A stretch of DNA of 63,705 nucleotides from Octopus bimaculoides (Eukaryota): contig NC_068997.1 of NCBI RefSeq assembly GCF_001194135.2, positions 17,570,978 to 17,634,682 of the forward strand, written 5' to 3'. The notes below the pieces were generated by a model. It did no database searches, was not told the DNA's origin, and saw only the letters and a list, made by a program, of their open reading frames with translations. This document shows positions 1 through 11,560 of the stretch, one piece after another (position 1 is the stretch's first letter; the number at the start of each line of letters is the position of its first letter). Position numbers and translations under genes: made by a program.

Positions 1-269
1 TATATATATATATATTCACATATAAAATATATTAAAGCCAGTTCCTGATTAGGAAATTATAAAGAGAATGTAACCTCCTGCAGGTAAGGAGAAGATGGAG
101 GCCTGAATGTAACATGCATGAGTATTTTCCTTGATCAAATTCCCATCACTATACTGTTTATGCCAACGAGATATAGTATGAACGTCATAAAACAGAGTTT
201 TTCCGACGATTCAACTACAAATTATTTGTATTTAATTTATTATAACTCAGCCAAAAGACCAGCACTTTT

Positions 270-456
270 AATGGGAGTGGGAGTGGAATCAACTCCAATG
301 TCCATTAGTCTATGTTTAGTACCTTAGTTTATCGAACCAGCGGGGATGAGAATTAATGATGTTCCCGCCAGGATTTGAGCCTAAAATGTACAGTGTCGGA
401 AGAAATATCGTGAAACATTTTGTTGGTTAAACCTCCAATTCTATAACATCTCGCCA
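270..456 (-). mobile_element. Degenerate tRNA-derived SINE, family A (Meta-domain-like)
   Basis: Reverse complement aligns by eye to the better copies at 1569-1784 and 32667-33087 (ggcgag...gttcgataaactaaggtac). Confidence 0.6.
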
Positions 457-1289
457 GCTGAGTCTGAATTTATAATCCAAAGACATAAATGCAGTTTTAA
501 TTTTTGTAGCATATCATTGATATCAGTGTTCGTTCCGACTGAACAGAAAAGATGTTCATTAAACTAGTTATTAAAAGGAGTTTCATACCTTTCTTAATTG
601 GTTTACTCCAATGTATGACTTAATCGTGTGCCCCACCGCCACGTTCTTGATGCACTAAGGGGTAACTTAAGTGTCTCCCTCACTGACTGAAGTTTTTCTT
701 CTATAATTTCAAGCATATTTTTCTATATAATCAATAGACCATAAAGAAGAGATGACAATTTAAATTGTTCATTAGTCTCCGGTCCATCGTCAGCAGAGGC
801 ATTTCACCAGTGACTGCTCTTCTGTTTAGGAGTGTAATTACTTAATTCAACATACCTTTATTTATATCAGTAGGATAGGAGTTCAGAGGATTTTGGCTAT
901 GAATTTTAACAGGTATATAAAACAAGTAAAGAGCTCTGCAAAAGTGTAGTCAGAAATTATTGGTCTTATACCTTTGAGCTTACACAGTTCTTCGTGTGAT
1001 CACAGACCTTCTTGCAGCGTACGTATCTTAGATTCATTACTGCGTCAGCTATCTGTTACCAGATGTTAACCCTATCGAGTAACTTCTCTCAGACAGTTTT
1101 CTCAACTGTTTCCGCCTTTCAATTTCCCATTTTTTTACTGTCTTTGATTCTTCATCGTTTAACTTCAAATATTTCACCTTCCCAAATGAGTTCCGACCTA
1201 TGAGAGATGAATTCATTCCTTTTTATTACATAAAATGACAGAGATATAATGTCCAAATCCAAAGAGACATTATGCTTACTGACCGAGGT

Positions 1290-1445
1290 ATTACTTCATT
1301 AAATTGATCGTCATTACATGACTGGTACTTTTCTTCGACACCCTCAGAAGAATGAAAGATATAACTAACTACACTCTTACGAGAAAGCGGAATGTAAATA
1401 GCCATTATTAGATAGCGCAAGTTTCGCCCAAACATTTCTGCCAAA
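1290..1445 (-). mobile_element. Highly degenerate family A SINE
   Basis: Minus strand reads tggcagaaatgtt...ctttcattcttctgagggtgtcgaagaaaagtaccagtca, matching the family A head and the ctttcatcc..gggtcgataaa..aagtaccag block. Confidence 0.5.
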
Positions 1446-1568
1446 ACACTAATTTTGGAAACTAGTGAAACAACAAACGTGACTCACTAACATTAAAAAG
1501 AACGAACCCACAAACTTCGCCAAACTCTTTTGGATTGATATGTAGGAAATTTTGTTTGAATAGATATA

Positions 1569-1784
1569 TAATCCTTTCAAACTATAAGCACAAGGCCTAA
1601 CATTTGTGGGCGGGGGATAGCCGATTACATTGACCTCAGTGCTCAACTGGTACTTATTTCATTGACCCCGAAAACATGAAAGGCAAACTCGACCTCGGTT
1701 GAATTTGAACTCAGAACGTAGAGACGGACGAAATGCCGCTAAGCATTTTGCACGGCGTGCTGACGATTCTCTTAACTCACCGCC
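1569..1784 (-). mobile_element. Full-length family A SINE with 14-bp target-site duplication
   Basis: Minus strand ggcggtgagttaagagaatcgtcagcacgccg...gagttcaaattcaaccgaggtcgagtttgcctttcatg...ggggtcaatgaaataagtaccag; flanked by direct repeat tttgaatagatata at 1555-1568 and 1785-1798. Confidence 0.9.
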
Positions 1785-3493
1785 TTTGAATAGATATAAT
1801 ATAATGAAACCAGTTCCTCCAATCCGTATAAATTGGCTGTATAGATATTGAAACTGTATGGCTTCTGTAGTTGAAGCAGTGCCATATTTTTGATTAAATT
1901 CTGATTAACCTCCTCATTGTCCCACATTGAATGTAACGAGCGAAAGCGGGACTGTCGTCTGCTCGATCCGCTAGAAAAAAGTATTTGAGTCTTCCTCAAA
2001 CCGCACATTACTATTTTCATACAGAAAAAATAGAATGAACCAGATAGTGACCTGGAATATCTTTAGCGATAAGCTTGCTGAATCAGCTCTGATTGGAGTT
2101 AAACAACATCACCGCCGCCAACGACAAACACTAGCTTTAAATATTGTCACTACTAAACAAAGGTACGGTACTTTAGATTCATAGAAGGAGATGCAATAAA
2201 TATATTGAACTTCTTGATTCTTGAATGACGCTAATAATTTACGAGAGGTGAACATTTTGTGAAATGATTTCTTCAACATATTTCTCTTTAAAAAAAAAAG
2301 GAAAAATTATGAATATTAATATTTTTTTGGTAATATTCATAGTTTTTTTTTCATTTTCAAATGCCAGGGTTATATTTTTCTTCTTCTCAGCAAGACTAAG
2401 AACGTTGGAAGCATATTAATATATAAGCTATTAAAGATGTTTTCACTTCTGTTTACTAAATATATAGCATGGAGTTATATTTTATTACACATAGTTTGAC
2501 TTCATCAGATCAGTAGATACAAAACATACAATTCGATACGATAAGCATGTCACGTCATGCTTTTTTCTTAAATGAAGACTAAGTTATTAATCTGCTGAAA
2601 ATAATCAATTGCTCTCTTATCATATCTTGACTCGACATAAAAACAAAAGCAATTATTACCGTTTCAGCAAGGCTTAACGTAGTAATATATTATGAATATA
2701 AATTATATTGTAGCACACTGAAATGTTTCTATTCTTAATTAGTTCTAGATGAACAAACGCACACTGGTTGAAACCATCACGCTTTTATCCGTCTGACATA
2801 TTGTGTCTGGCGCAACATAGTCCAATGTGTTCTGCATTGTTAAAAAACGTTAAAAAGTGATTTTAGGAAAACTTGACTGTTATTTCTTGCTAATGAGACA
2901 TTTGCTTATAAGCTCACGAATACATTTTTTCTCTGAAAAGTAAAACGGCTTATATATTATATAAATTTTGTTAACACTCCATTCGTTGTCAAATTCATTT
3001 GTCATCAAAATAATAACACACCAGGTTACTTCAGTCAAATCGCAACACAAGTATTTGCATGATTTCAAATGCTCCCGTACGAAATCTCCAGTAATATTCT
3101 CAGGCTATAAAAACTAAACAATATACATGATAACGCTGGTATTTATCTGATTATTTTCCTAGGATATTGCGTTTAAATTATCCATCAATTGTAACTGAAT
3201 TAGATGCGAAAAAATGTCGTATGATTTGACCAGAAAAAAAATTCAGACCACCTTTCATGACCTGTGAAATTGTGAATTCCATTACCCAAAAAGAATTATT
3301 ATATAGTAGTTCATTAAAAATATGATGAAACCACTCATATTTTTTTTAATGAAATATATATAATAGTACGTCTTGTTTTTTGAGTTCACCCAGCTATTGA
3401 ACTCCAAGCTATATCCTCCAAAATGTCCTCCAAAATGTCCTCCAAATAGATTTCTCTGAATAGTGATAATTATTTTTTATTATTAACACTATT

Positions 3494-3803
3494 CAGAATT
3501 GTCAGCAGTCTGGACAAACTGCTTGGTTGCACTTCTTCCGTTTCTATGTTCTGATTTCATATCCCACCGTGGTCAACTTTGCCTTGCAATCTTTTGAGGT
3601 CGATAAAATAAGTACCAGTTGATAACTCGAATCAATGTAATCGGTTAACATCCTCCCCTGAAATTGCTGGCCTTGTGCCAAAAATTGAAATCATTGTTTA
3701 GTTTGCTAGAATCGTTAGCACGCCGAACAAAATGTTTGGTGGTATTTCGCCAGTCTTTACTTTCTGAGTTCACAATCCACTGAGGTCAACATATCGTTTC
3801 ATC
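3494..3803 (+). mobile_element. Two family A SINE units in tandem (near-complete 3494-3698, head fragment about 3702-3803)
   Basis: actttgccttgcaatcttttgaggtcgataaaataagtaccag block, then a second gctagaatcgttagcacgccgaacaaaatg head. Confidence 0.75.
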
Positions 3804-3933
3804 AATTCGGATGCGATAAAATATGTACCACACAAGCATTGGAATTCATGTGATCCACAAATCACCTCCACAACAAATTCCTGACATTGAGCCTATAGCA
3901 GAGAGTACGATTATTTTACTTACTGTATACATA

Positions 3934-4511
3934 CACAGACATGCAGGAAGTAAATAGACAGTTGTATTTTCAAAATCTTACATTTAATATTAATTGGTTG
4001 AAGGAGAGGTCTTCTTCTAGCTGCTCGTCCATAATACCCAAGCTTATGCAGATATGTAACACACGTTCTTGGACTAACTTCTAGCTGTTTTCCAATGTCA
4101 GAATGCTTCGAACGGGGGTTCGTTTTCCACAATTCTCTTGAAACAGAGAAGCTTCCTTTTCCAAGGCTCAGGTAGGCCGGGACGAGAATCTGTTGATTCT
4201 TTTCCTTGGCTTTTGAATTGCACTATAATTCTCTTAATAGTAGCAAGAGGAATTTGAAGATTTTCGGCAATTTTTCGCTGGCTAAGACCAGCCTCAGACT
4301 GCCCAACAATATAACCTCTTTGAAAATCTGACAGTTCTGCTGAATGTTTTGTGCGTGGCATGGTTACTCTTCGTTAATGTTTAATATAATGCCACCAGGA
4401 ATGAAAAAGAATAATTACATTATAAATTATACACCACTGAAAACATATTAAGACGCTTAAATGAAAAATTTTGAAAATTAAAGGTGTCTATTTACTTCCT
4501 GCATGTCTGTG
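3934..4511 (-). mobile_element. Internally deleted Tc1-like DNA transposon (578 bp) keeping the N-terminal DNA-binding region of the transposase
   Basis: Perfect 27-bp terminal inverted repeats CACAGACATGCAGGAAGTAAATAGACA (3934-3960, 4485-4511), flanked by TA on both sides. Minus-strand peptides [38 protein letters not shown] and VSPRTCVTYLHKLGYYGRAARRRPLL resemble Tc1 paired-like HTH and second HTH; one frameshift near 4110; no DDE domain. Confidence 0.93.
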
Positions 4512-4559
4512 TATATACATCAAATGGCTGTCTTATAAAACTATTCCGCACATACAATA

Positions 4560-4720
4560 ACAGTCATACCAACAATCCAACGTACCTCCATTAGCTTCCC
4601 CACGGATACCACTATGGTTTCCACACATGGGCAGTACTATTCAATCCGGCGGTGGCAACAGCACTAAAATAAGTGTTATTTGGGAACAAACTTACTTTAG
4701 ATATCACCACTCTCATTCAA
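4560..4720 (-). mobile_element. Possible decayed CR1/L2-type LINE 3' end
   Basis: Minus-strand TYFSAVATAGLNSTAHV loosely resembles the FFS.RV...WN.LP..VV motif at the end of CR1/L2 ORF2. Weak. Confidence 0.3.
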
Positions 4721-5160
4721 TCTTGATTCTTGGAAGGATTAAACACTAACGTTATTAATTAAACTTCAACAAAGAAACACATTCACTCTATGTACTAAAA
4801 CCGTATCGGTATATTAATTCAGTAAGCAAACTAATAAACATGTATACAACTAAACATAAATCAAAGTATACCGATATATGTAAATGAATTTAGCTATACT
4901 CTCATTATAATTCCGATTCATTTTCACTCTCTGACTTTCTCTACAATTCACCGATTCTCATGTATAATGTGTCATCGGTGTTGCTTCAGTTATTTTTGTT
5001 CTTTCAACTATTACAACATGTTCCTTCATCCGCTTCCACATCTATATTACATATGTCTCAACTGCTTCGTTTTTCAGTTGTATACTGTATCCATTATCTA
5101 TTACCAAATATTCTCCTTTTTCTTGACTGACTGCGTCTTTTACTCATTTTAACTATCTCT

Positions 5161-5165
<5 letters not shown>

Positions 5166-5202
<37 letters not shown>

Positions 5203-5257
5203 CGAAGCACATGCATACATACACACACACACACATCCCCCTCTCTCTCTCTCTTTC

Positions 5258-5335
<78 letters not shown>

Positions 5336-5351
5336 TAGATAGATACATACA

Positions 5352-5385
<34 letters not shown>

Positions 5386-5470
5386 ATACATACATACATA
5401 CATACATACATAAATACATATATATATAATATATTGTGAGATGCATGAATACATACATGCATATATATGT
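5166..5470. repeat. Compound microsatellite (CT)n-(AC)n-(CT)n-(TA)n-(AGAT)n-(ATAC)n
   Basis: Direct reading; explains ORFs 5094-5510, 5149-5454 and 5195-5458. Confidence 0.97.
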
Positions 5471-5969
5471 GCGTCTTTGTGCGTGTGTTTATCTGTCTGC
5501 GTGTGTGCATGTGTGCATGTGTAATTTGCGCGAATAAAGTGTATACGTGTGTTCAGCGTTAGCCGGTTAATGTCATATTGATATCCCTTGCGAGAACAAA
5601 CTATTACATTGGTTTACTTTACCGCGTATATATTCTTTTTCTTTTTGGCTTACTTCGTATACCCCATTGTCCTCTATAGCTGGTTCATGGCTTAATTAAC
5701 TTCCATTTGCCAATATCCTCAGATTACTTCGCATCTATTTCTTTTTTCGAGGGCAAACATATAATTTTGTTTTGTTTTGTTCCGTTTTTCTCTTACCATT
5801 TTTCAATCTCGTAACCATGTTTTCAGGTTTTTTTCTCTATTCCCTCATTCTTCTTCTAAAGATGTATTTCTCACTCAATAATTATCGGATTGTCTCTATT
5901 GTAATCAATAAAATTCAGTTTGTATATGTCATCGATATGCGAGTAAATAAATACCTAGACACGTAGATA

Positions 5970-6107
5970 CATATATACACCCATATATTTATACATGCAT
6001 ACATACGTACGTACATATATATGTATACATACATACAATATATGAGTATGTATATAGACTATATACATTGCATATGTATATTCATATACACTCGTACACA
6101 TATATGA

Positions 6108-6143
<36 letters not shown>

Positions 6144-6165
6144 GCACACACACATATATAATTAT

Positions 6166-6202
<37 letters not shown>

Positions 6203-6265
6203 TGATATGCATATACGTATATATATACGTGTGTGTATGTGTATGTATGTGTAAGCATATATACA
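5970..6265. repeat. TA/TAC/GT-rich compound microsatellite
   Basis: Direct reading. Confidence 0.9.
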
Positions 6266-7080
6266 ATCGACCATCCTATTAACACTGAACTTATTCTGAG
6301 GAAAAATATCATTGTTGTTACCGCATGGGATTTTCTGTTAAAAACTAAGAATGGACCAAGGGCTTAGGTAAGAAATTATGCTTGTTTTCTCGCACGTAAT
6401 CGAAGTATGCTTGCATTATAAGATTTACTGTTCTTTTTTTTCTTGTTTCTTCTCTCCACTGGAAATTGTTCACGTTATGTTGGTGAGTAGAAGAGACATT
6501 TTAAAATATGAAGGAATTATTATCCTGAGTCGGAGAGTAATATACGACATAATCGTCGTTTTAGTAAATTAGTTTGTATTTTTGCTACAGAATTTATTTC
6601 TTCTGGGGATTACTATAATATATATAAAGAGAGAAAATTATTCAGAAGACCACAGCTGATTCAAAAGATATAGGTTATACAAATGGTATTGAGCAATAGT
6701 CAAGGTCTTTAGGGATTCGAACATATGATCTATGTTTAATTCCCGTTCGGTACAATTTAGCTTGCTATGTTAGTTCTTGTTTCTTAAGGAAATGTGTTCC
6801 ACAACTTCCATTTTCTTACGTAGAAGATAAATATGTCTTTTATCTGTTGATTATTTCACTGATGTTCGCACGGAAAGCAGCCGACAATTAATGTCACCTT
6901 CTTGCGTAGAAATTGTGTTTTACAAGTGGAAACTATGGATATAATGCAAAAATGGCTGGAGTTCTCTGCGTCATCAGTGAGCTCTTTTTCTTATAGCCAC
7001 TACTATATGGATATATATATTAGGGATAAAATCCAAAATTACAGGTAAAATCTCAATTAAAAATTAAAATTAAGAAAAAT

Positions 7081-7238
7081 GTGGTGAAAGAGTACACCAG
7101 GGTTTGTCAGCACCTCCTGCCGGAGCCTCGTGGAGCTTTAATTATTTTCGCTCAATAAACGCTCGCAACACCCGGTCTGGGAATCGAAACCGCCATCCTA
7201 TGACCGCGAGTCCGCTGCTCTAACCACTGGGCTACTGC
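7081..7238 (-). mobile_element. tRNA-derived SINE, family D (5' part)
   Basis: Minus strand has A box TAGCCCAGTGG and B box GTTTCGATTCC at tRNA spacing, followed by a non-tRNA body (gcgagcgtttattgagcgaaaa...gctccacgaggctccggcagg). Confidence 0.8.
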
Positions 7239-7274
7239 ACACACACACACACGCACACACACATATTGGTTCGA

Positions 7275-7420
7275 AGGGCTTTTTCCAGTTTATGTGCTAA
7301 ATCGATTCAGGATGCTTTAATCCATTCAGAATGCTTTAATCAGCCCGTGGAAATAGTAGGAAACAATTGCCGAAAGTGTCACACAGTGGAACTGAACCCA
7401 TGCAGCCAGATAAGCACCTA
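7275..7420 (-). mobile_element. Degenerate family B SINE 5' half
   Basis: Minus strand gggttcagttccactgtgtgacactttcggcaattgtttcctactat matches the head of 40544-40933. Confidence 0.6.
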
Positions 7421-7476
7421 ACGAAGCTTATTTGTAAATCAGAAACGGTGATCTTGTTGCTGTTTCCATTTACATA

Positions 7477-7676
7477 AATGAGTTGGCAGAATTGGTAGCG
7501 TGTCGGACAAAATGCAGAGCGGTGGTATTTCAGTATTTCCTGTTTTACGTTCACAGTTCAAACTCCGTCTTTACGGCGTAGATCAACCGAGTATCAATCA
7601 TGTACGGGACATGATGTAATCGACTAGCCCCGCTCCGAAAATTTTAGGTCTTGTGCCTATAGTAAGAACAATTATT
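7477..7676 (+). mobile_element. Family A SINE with internal deletion
   Basis: gagttggcagaattggtagcgtgtcggacaaaatgc head and atgtaatcgactagccccgctccgaaaattttaggtcttgtgcctatagtaag tail. Confidence 0.75.
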
Positions 7677-8396
7677 TCTATTTACTTACATTTTTCTGCC
7701 AGTGTATTTACAATAAGATGTATACAAAAATCGTATTTAATTATATTTCTTTCTTTCGCAAAGAAAGTTAAGCAAAGAGAAATATTTTCAAAGAAATGCA
7801 ATCTAAAAGAAAGAAAATTTTAAAAAATTAAAATATTGCAAGAAATACTGAAAAGAAGATAATATGAATATGAAAGCAAATATGTATGAAATAATTGTAA
7901 ACCATTTGTAGCAGTGCAGTAGTGGTGGTAGTGGAGTTTGATGTACGTATCCATTGAGTGCAGTTAATTAACGAAATTTATTTTGGCAATGCGTTCGAAG
8001 ACTCAAATAGAACAATAACTGTATTGCTTAATTAGAGGAGAATGAGCACTTTGTGTATTTGTGAGTCACTGAATCCCAATCACTCTATGATACTCTGTTT
8101 GCCACGAATTCATTTCTTACTCACACAGCGACATACACACACACATACATATATAATATAATACACAATAACACAGGCACACGTATATATTTATATATAT
8201 ATATATATATATNNNNNNNNNNNNNNNNNNNNNNNNNNNNNNNNNNNNNNNNNNNNNNNNNNNNNNNNNNNNNNNNNNNNNNNNNNNNNNNNNNNNNNNN
8301 NNNNNNNNNNNNNNNNNNNNNNNNNNNNNNNNNNNNNNNNNNNNNNNNNNNNNNNNNNNNNNNNNNNNNNNNNNNNNNNNNNNNNNNNNNNNNNNN

Positions 8397-8435
<39 letters not shown>

Positions 8436-9657
8436 GTATATACATATGTATATATTATATATGTATGTGCATATTTAGGTATATGCATATAATATACATA
8501 TCTATATATGTATGTATACTTACACATATGTGTTGTGTATGTCTGTCAGTACGTATGTGCCAATATGTGTATGCGTAGCGGTATATATATTCATCAGATG
8601 TTGTCAACGGTAGGGTGTATATGTGTTGGTAATTATGTTTGTACACCTCTATTAACTACAAGTATGTATAGATTCATTAATGATAAAGAAGCTTTCCATT
8701 GACGCTATACCTAGAAGCAATTATTCGTACAAACTATAAAACACAATCTCCTGTAGATACGTATGGATATATATATATATGCATATATATATATGAGTGC
8801 GTGTATATAAAAATATACATATATACATATATACATGCATATATATGCATTTATTTATATACATGCATTTATATATATAAGCATGCATATATATATATAC
8901 TTACATACATATGCAATTATATACATGTATGTATGTTTATTATTACTATTATATAACCGATACTTAGTATGTATAAGTGTAATGAGGACCACTGTGTTCA
9001 GTAGCGCGTGCGCATTCGTTCGTTTATATAGACACATTTGATTATTCAAAGACATAAATTGATTACTAACGTATAAACACGAGTTTACAGAAGTCTGTAT
9101 GCATACAATCACAACACACATATACCCACATATGAATACATATATACAAAAGCACAGACGCATAAATTGATAGACGTCTTGTGTTGAGTAAGAGTAATTT
9201 TTTGTTCTTATGCAATTAAGTTAAGAAACTTAAACCTTTACCTACTGTACATGTGAAATTTCTTAAGTTCTTGACTATATAATTATAATTACGTATTGGT
9301 TGCGTGTCTTCGAACGAAAATATCTTATACACAAGCATGACATAACAGAGACGAATATAATTGTGTCGATATCAAAGAAAAATTACAAGTTATTTCTTAG
9401 TTACTCCACCCTAGTCCTATAATAGCATGTATATACGTGTGATGTCTTTCTTTATATATATATATATATTGAAGTCTACCAACAATTTGAGCAAAATATG
9501 TCTCTAACTGTATCTTCATGCTTCGAGAAACACGTATACAGATATATTTTTGTAGGATTCACTTATAGCTTCGTCATGAGATGGCATGACTATCTATCTT
9601 GAAATAAAATCATGACTGTAGCAACGCCAAACGCCGTGTGAGATTCTATAAGGTTGT

Positions 9658-9765
9658 TATTTGTCCTTAACTTGCTTGTTGTTCACACAAGGTTTCGGTT
9701 GATATACTCTCCAGCCTTCATCAGGTGTCTCGGAGAAATTTCGAACCTCGGTTCTCTCGATGTTG

Positions 9766-9847
<82 letters not shown>

Positions 9848-9920
9848 TGTCACTGCCTGGAATCGGACTCGGAATCCCTGAGGTTAGTAGCCCGCGCTCT
9901 TAACCACTACGCTATTTGCC
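9658..9920 (-). mobile_element. Composite SINE-like element: tRNA-like Pol III head (9920-9848), (AAT)25 (9845-9771), hammerhead-bearing tail (9770-9658)
   Basis: A box TAGCGTAGTGG (9914-9904, exact TRGCNNARYGG); B box GAGTCCGATTCC (9870-9859, one change from GTTCGATTCC); 25 AAT units; tail homologous to 10008-10062. Confidence 0.8.
9685..9728 (-). ncRNA. Minimal type I hammerhead ribozyme motif (slightly degenerate copy)
   Basis: 5'-ACAC CUGAUGA A GGCUG GAGAGUAUAU CAACC GAAAC CUU GUGU-3': helix I ACAC/GUGU, intact CUGAUGA and GAAA core, helix II with one mismatch. The second copy supplies CAGCC and GUU, giving reconstructed GAAACGUU. Confidence 0.8.
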
Positions 9921-9932
9921 TGTGGGTATATC

Positions 9933-9983
<51 letters not shown>

Positions 9984-10085
9984 TTGAAGAATACTTTAGG
10001 AATGAGAGGAGAGTATATCAGCCGAAATGTTGTGTTAACAACAAATAAAATGAGTACAAATATCCGTCACATGTAAATAATGTAA
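9933..10085 (+). mobile_element. Inverted partial copy of the same element: (AAT)n plus tail, lacking the 5' half of the hammerhead
   Basis: 10008-10062 matches the reverse complement of 9658-9713 at 45/55 positions (33/37 in the first block) by manual alignment; the acacctgatgaaggct segment is absent. Confidence 0.85.
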
Positions 10086-11101
10086 GTTTTATATGTTTAA
10101 GGGAATGTCGTCCTGTTAAAGTTGAAACAAGTAAAATCTATGATTCGATCTCTGCTTTCTCTAATCGAGTACCTTTATTGTTTGTGACTAAATAAATTAT
10201 TTAGGCGTTGTGTAAAATTTACTAATGTTTACAATAAAAGTAAGTCACATACGATTACTGTAATCGTGGGTTACGTCACATTTTTATGATGTAATAAGTC
10301 TGTTTTGTCAAAAGAGTTTAAAGAAACTTCTTTCAATTGACGGTATAGGATCTTGTAAAAACTAAGTCTTTACTGAGATCATTGATGCAGTTTTCGGATT
10401 TGTCCTCATTCTTGTCAAATTTAACCGCATCTACTCTACAGAATTTACTAGGCAAGAAACAGATTTAAACAGTATTTAAATGAGAAATAAAATTTTATCA
10501 TGCGTAGATTAATGTAAGTAAATGTTTATAGGTTATAAAGGTTCAAGAACGAAAAATCAACTATAAAATGCATGGAGATGAAGCGAGAACTAATTCTGAA
10601 AACATGCTGACCTAGTACTAATACGCAAATGAAAGCTAGTATTAACATGGCTATGATCATGTTCTGCAAATTCTCATCCTTTAAATCGTATTATACATAT
10701 CGATCTCCATACAAACTTATACATATACGTGCATAGAAATGTATGCGTGTGTGTGTGAATGTGAGTGTGTGCATGTGCATCTGACTTTGCGTGTATGTGT
10801 GTGTACAAGTGCGTTTATATATTAATACACATATATGGTGCTAATTGAGAGGCAATGGTAAGGTGACGTGAAAGATTGCATAAAGCTTTTACATGTGTTA
10901 TGTACTTATTACGGCATTTTGAATTCATTACGTGCATAATTCATAAACCATTGACTAAGATAGCCACATTCTGCATAATTATTCATCATTATTATTACTT
11001 CGGTTATTTGGGCCGTGTTACACACACTAGCCTATCGCGAGATTGATGCGGAGCTTAGTTCTACGCTGGATACAGGAGTGCGGATTATGTCACGAGATTT
11101 A

Positions 11102-11560
11102 TATATATGTTTCGAAAATAATGGCCGATTTCAGAAACATAATTTTATTCTGGAAAAATTAACAAATAGTAATGCTTTCAGTAGTTCATTATCAAGACTA
11201 TGGCCGACCTCTGCCTTCTTCATGTTCAAGGCTCTGAAACCACCTTCGTACTGTGCACTCATTTGTGGACCCCTCTCTCCATGCTCTGTTGATATTGGCA
11301 GCAGTTTGTGAGGCATTGTGTCCAAGCTTGAACTCATGCAATAAAAATAAGCGACTGTCCTTTTTTTTTTTCATGTTCATAATTAAGGGCACCTATATTT
11401 CAAGAAAGTTTTCTGTCTGAAATAAATAGAAAATTATTAAAGAGCATACATCAATTATTATGTATGTCGAAATTCACCTAAAATATAATTAAAGTACTAT
11501 GATAAATTTGTGTTTCAAAGCACAACACTTAGAGCGGCCATTTTTTACGGAACACCCTAA
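11102..11560 (-). mobile_element. Internally deleted mariner element (Hsmar1/cecropia-like N-terminus)
   Basis: Minus-strand RLFLLHEFKLGHNASQTAANINRAWREGSTNECTVRRWFQSLEHEEGRGRP is a mariner HTH plus GRP linker. 5' TIR ttagggtgttccgtaaaaaatggccg with flanking TA (11561-2); degenerate 3' TIR at 11108-11127 (17/20 match). Confidence 0.88.

Noticed and set aside
770-800. Minus-strand CUGACGA-U-GGACCGGA
   Set aside because: Second half of helix II and GAAA are missing.
1900-2110. Possible old SINE ending in ...ggagttaaacaac (similar-looking fragments near 47460, 45690 and 48570)
   Set aside because: Resemblance is only to remembered repeats; no second copy in the window to support it.
3414-3446. 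12-bp unit tcctccaaaatg repeated about 2.75 times
   Set aside because: Ordinary short tandem duplication; not CRISPR-like (no spacers).
9848-9920. Possible genuine tRNA gene
   Set aside because: Has A/B boxes but I could not form an acceptor stem or clean cloverleaf, and it runs into (AAT)n; treated as a SINE head.
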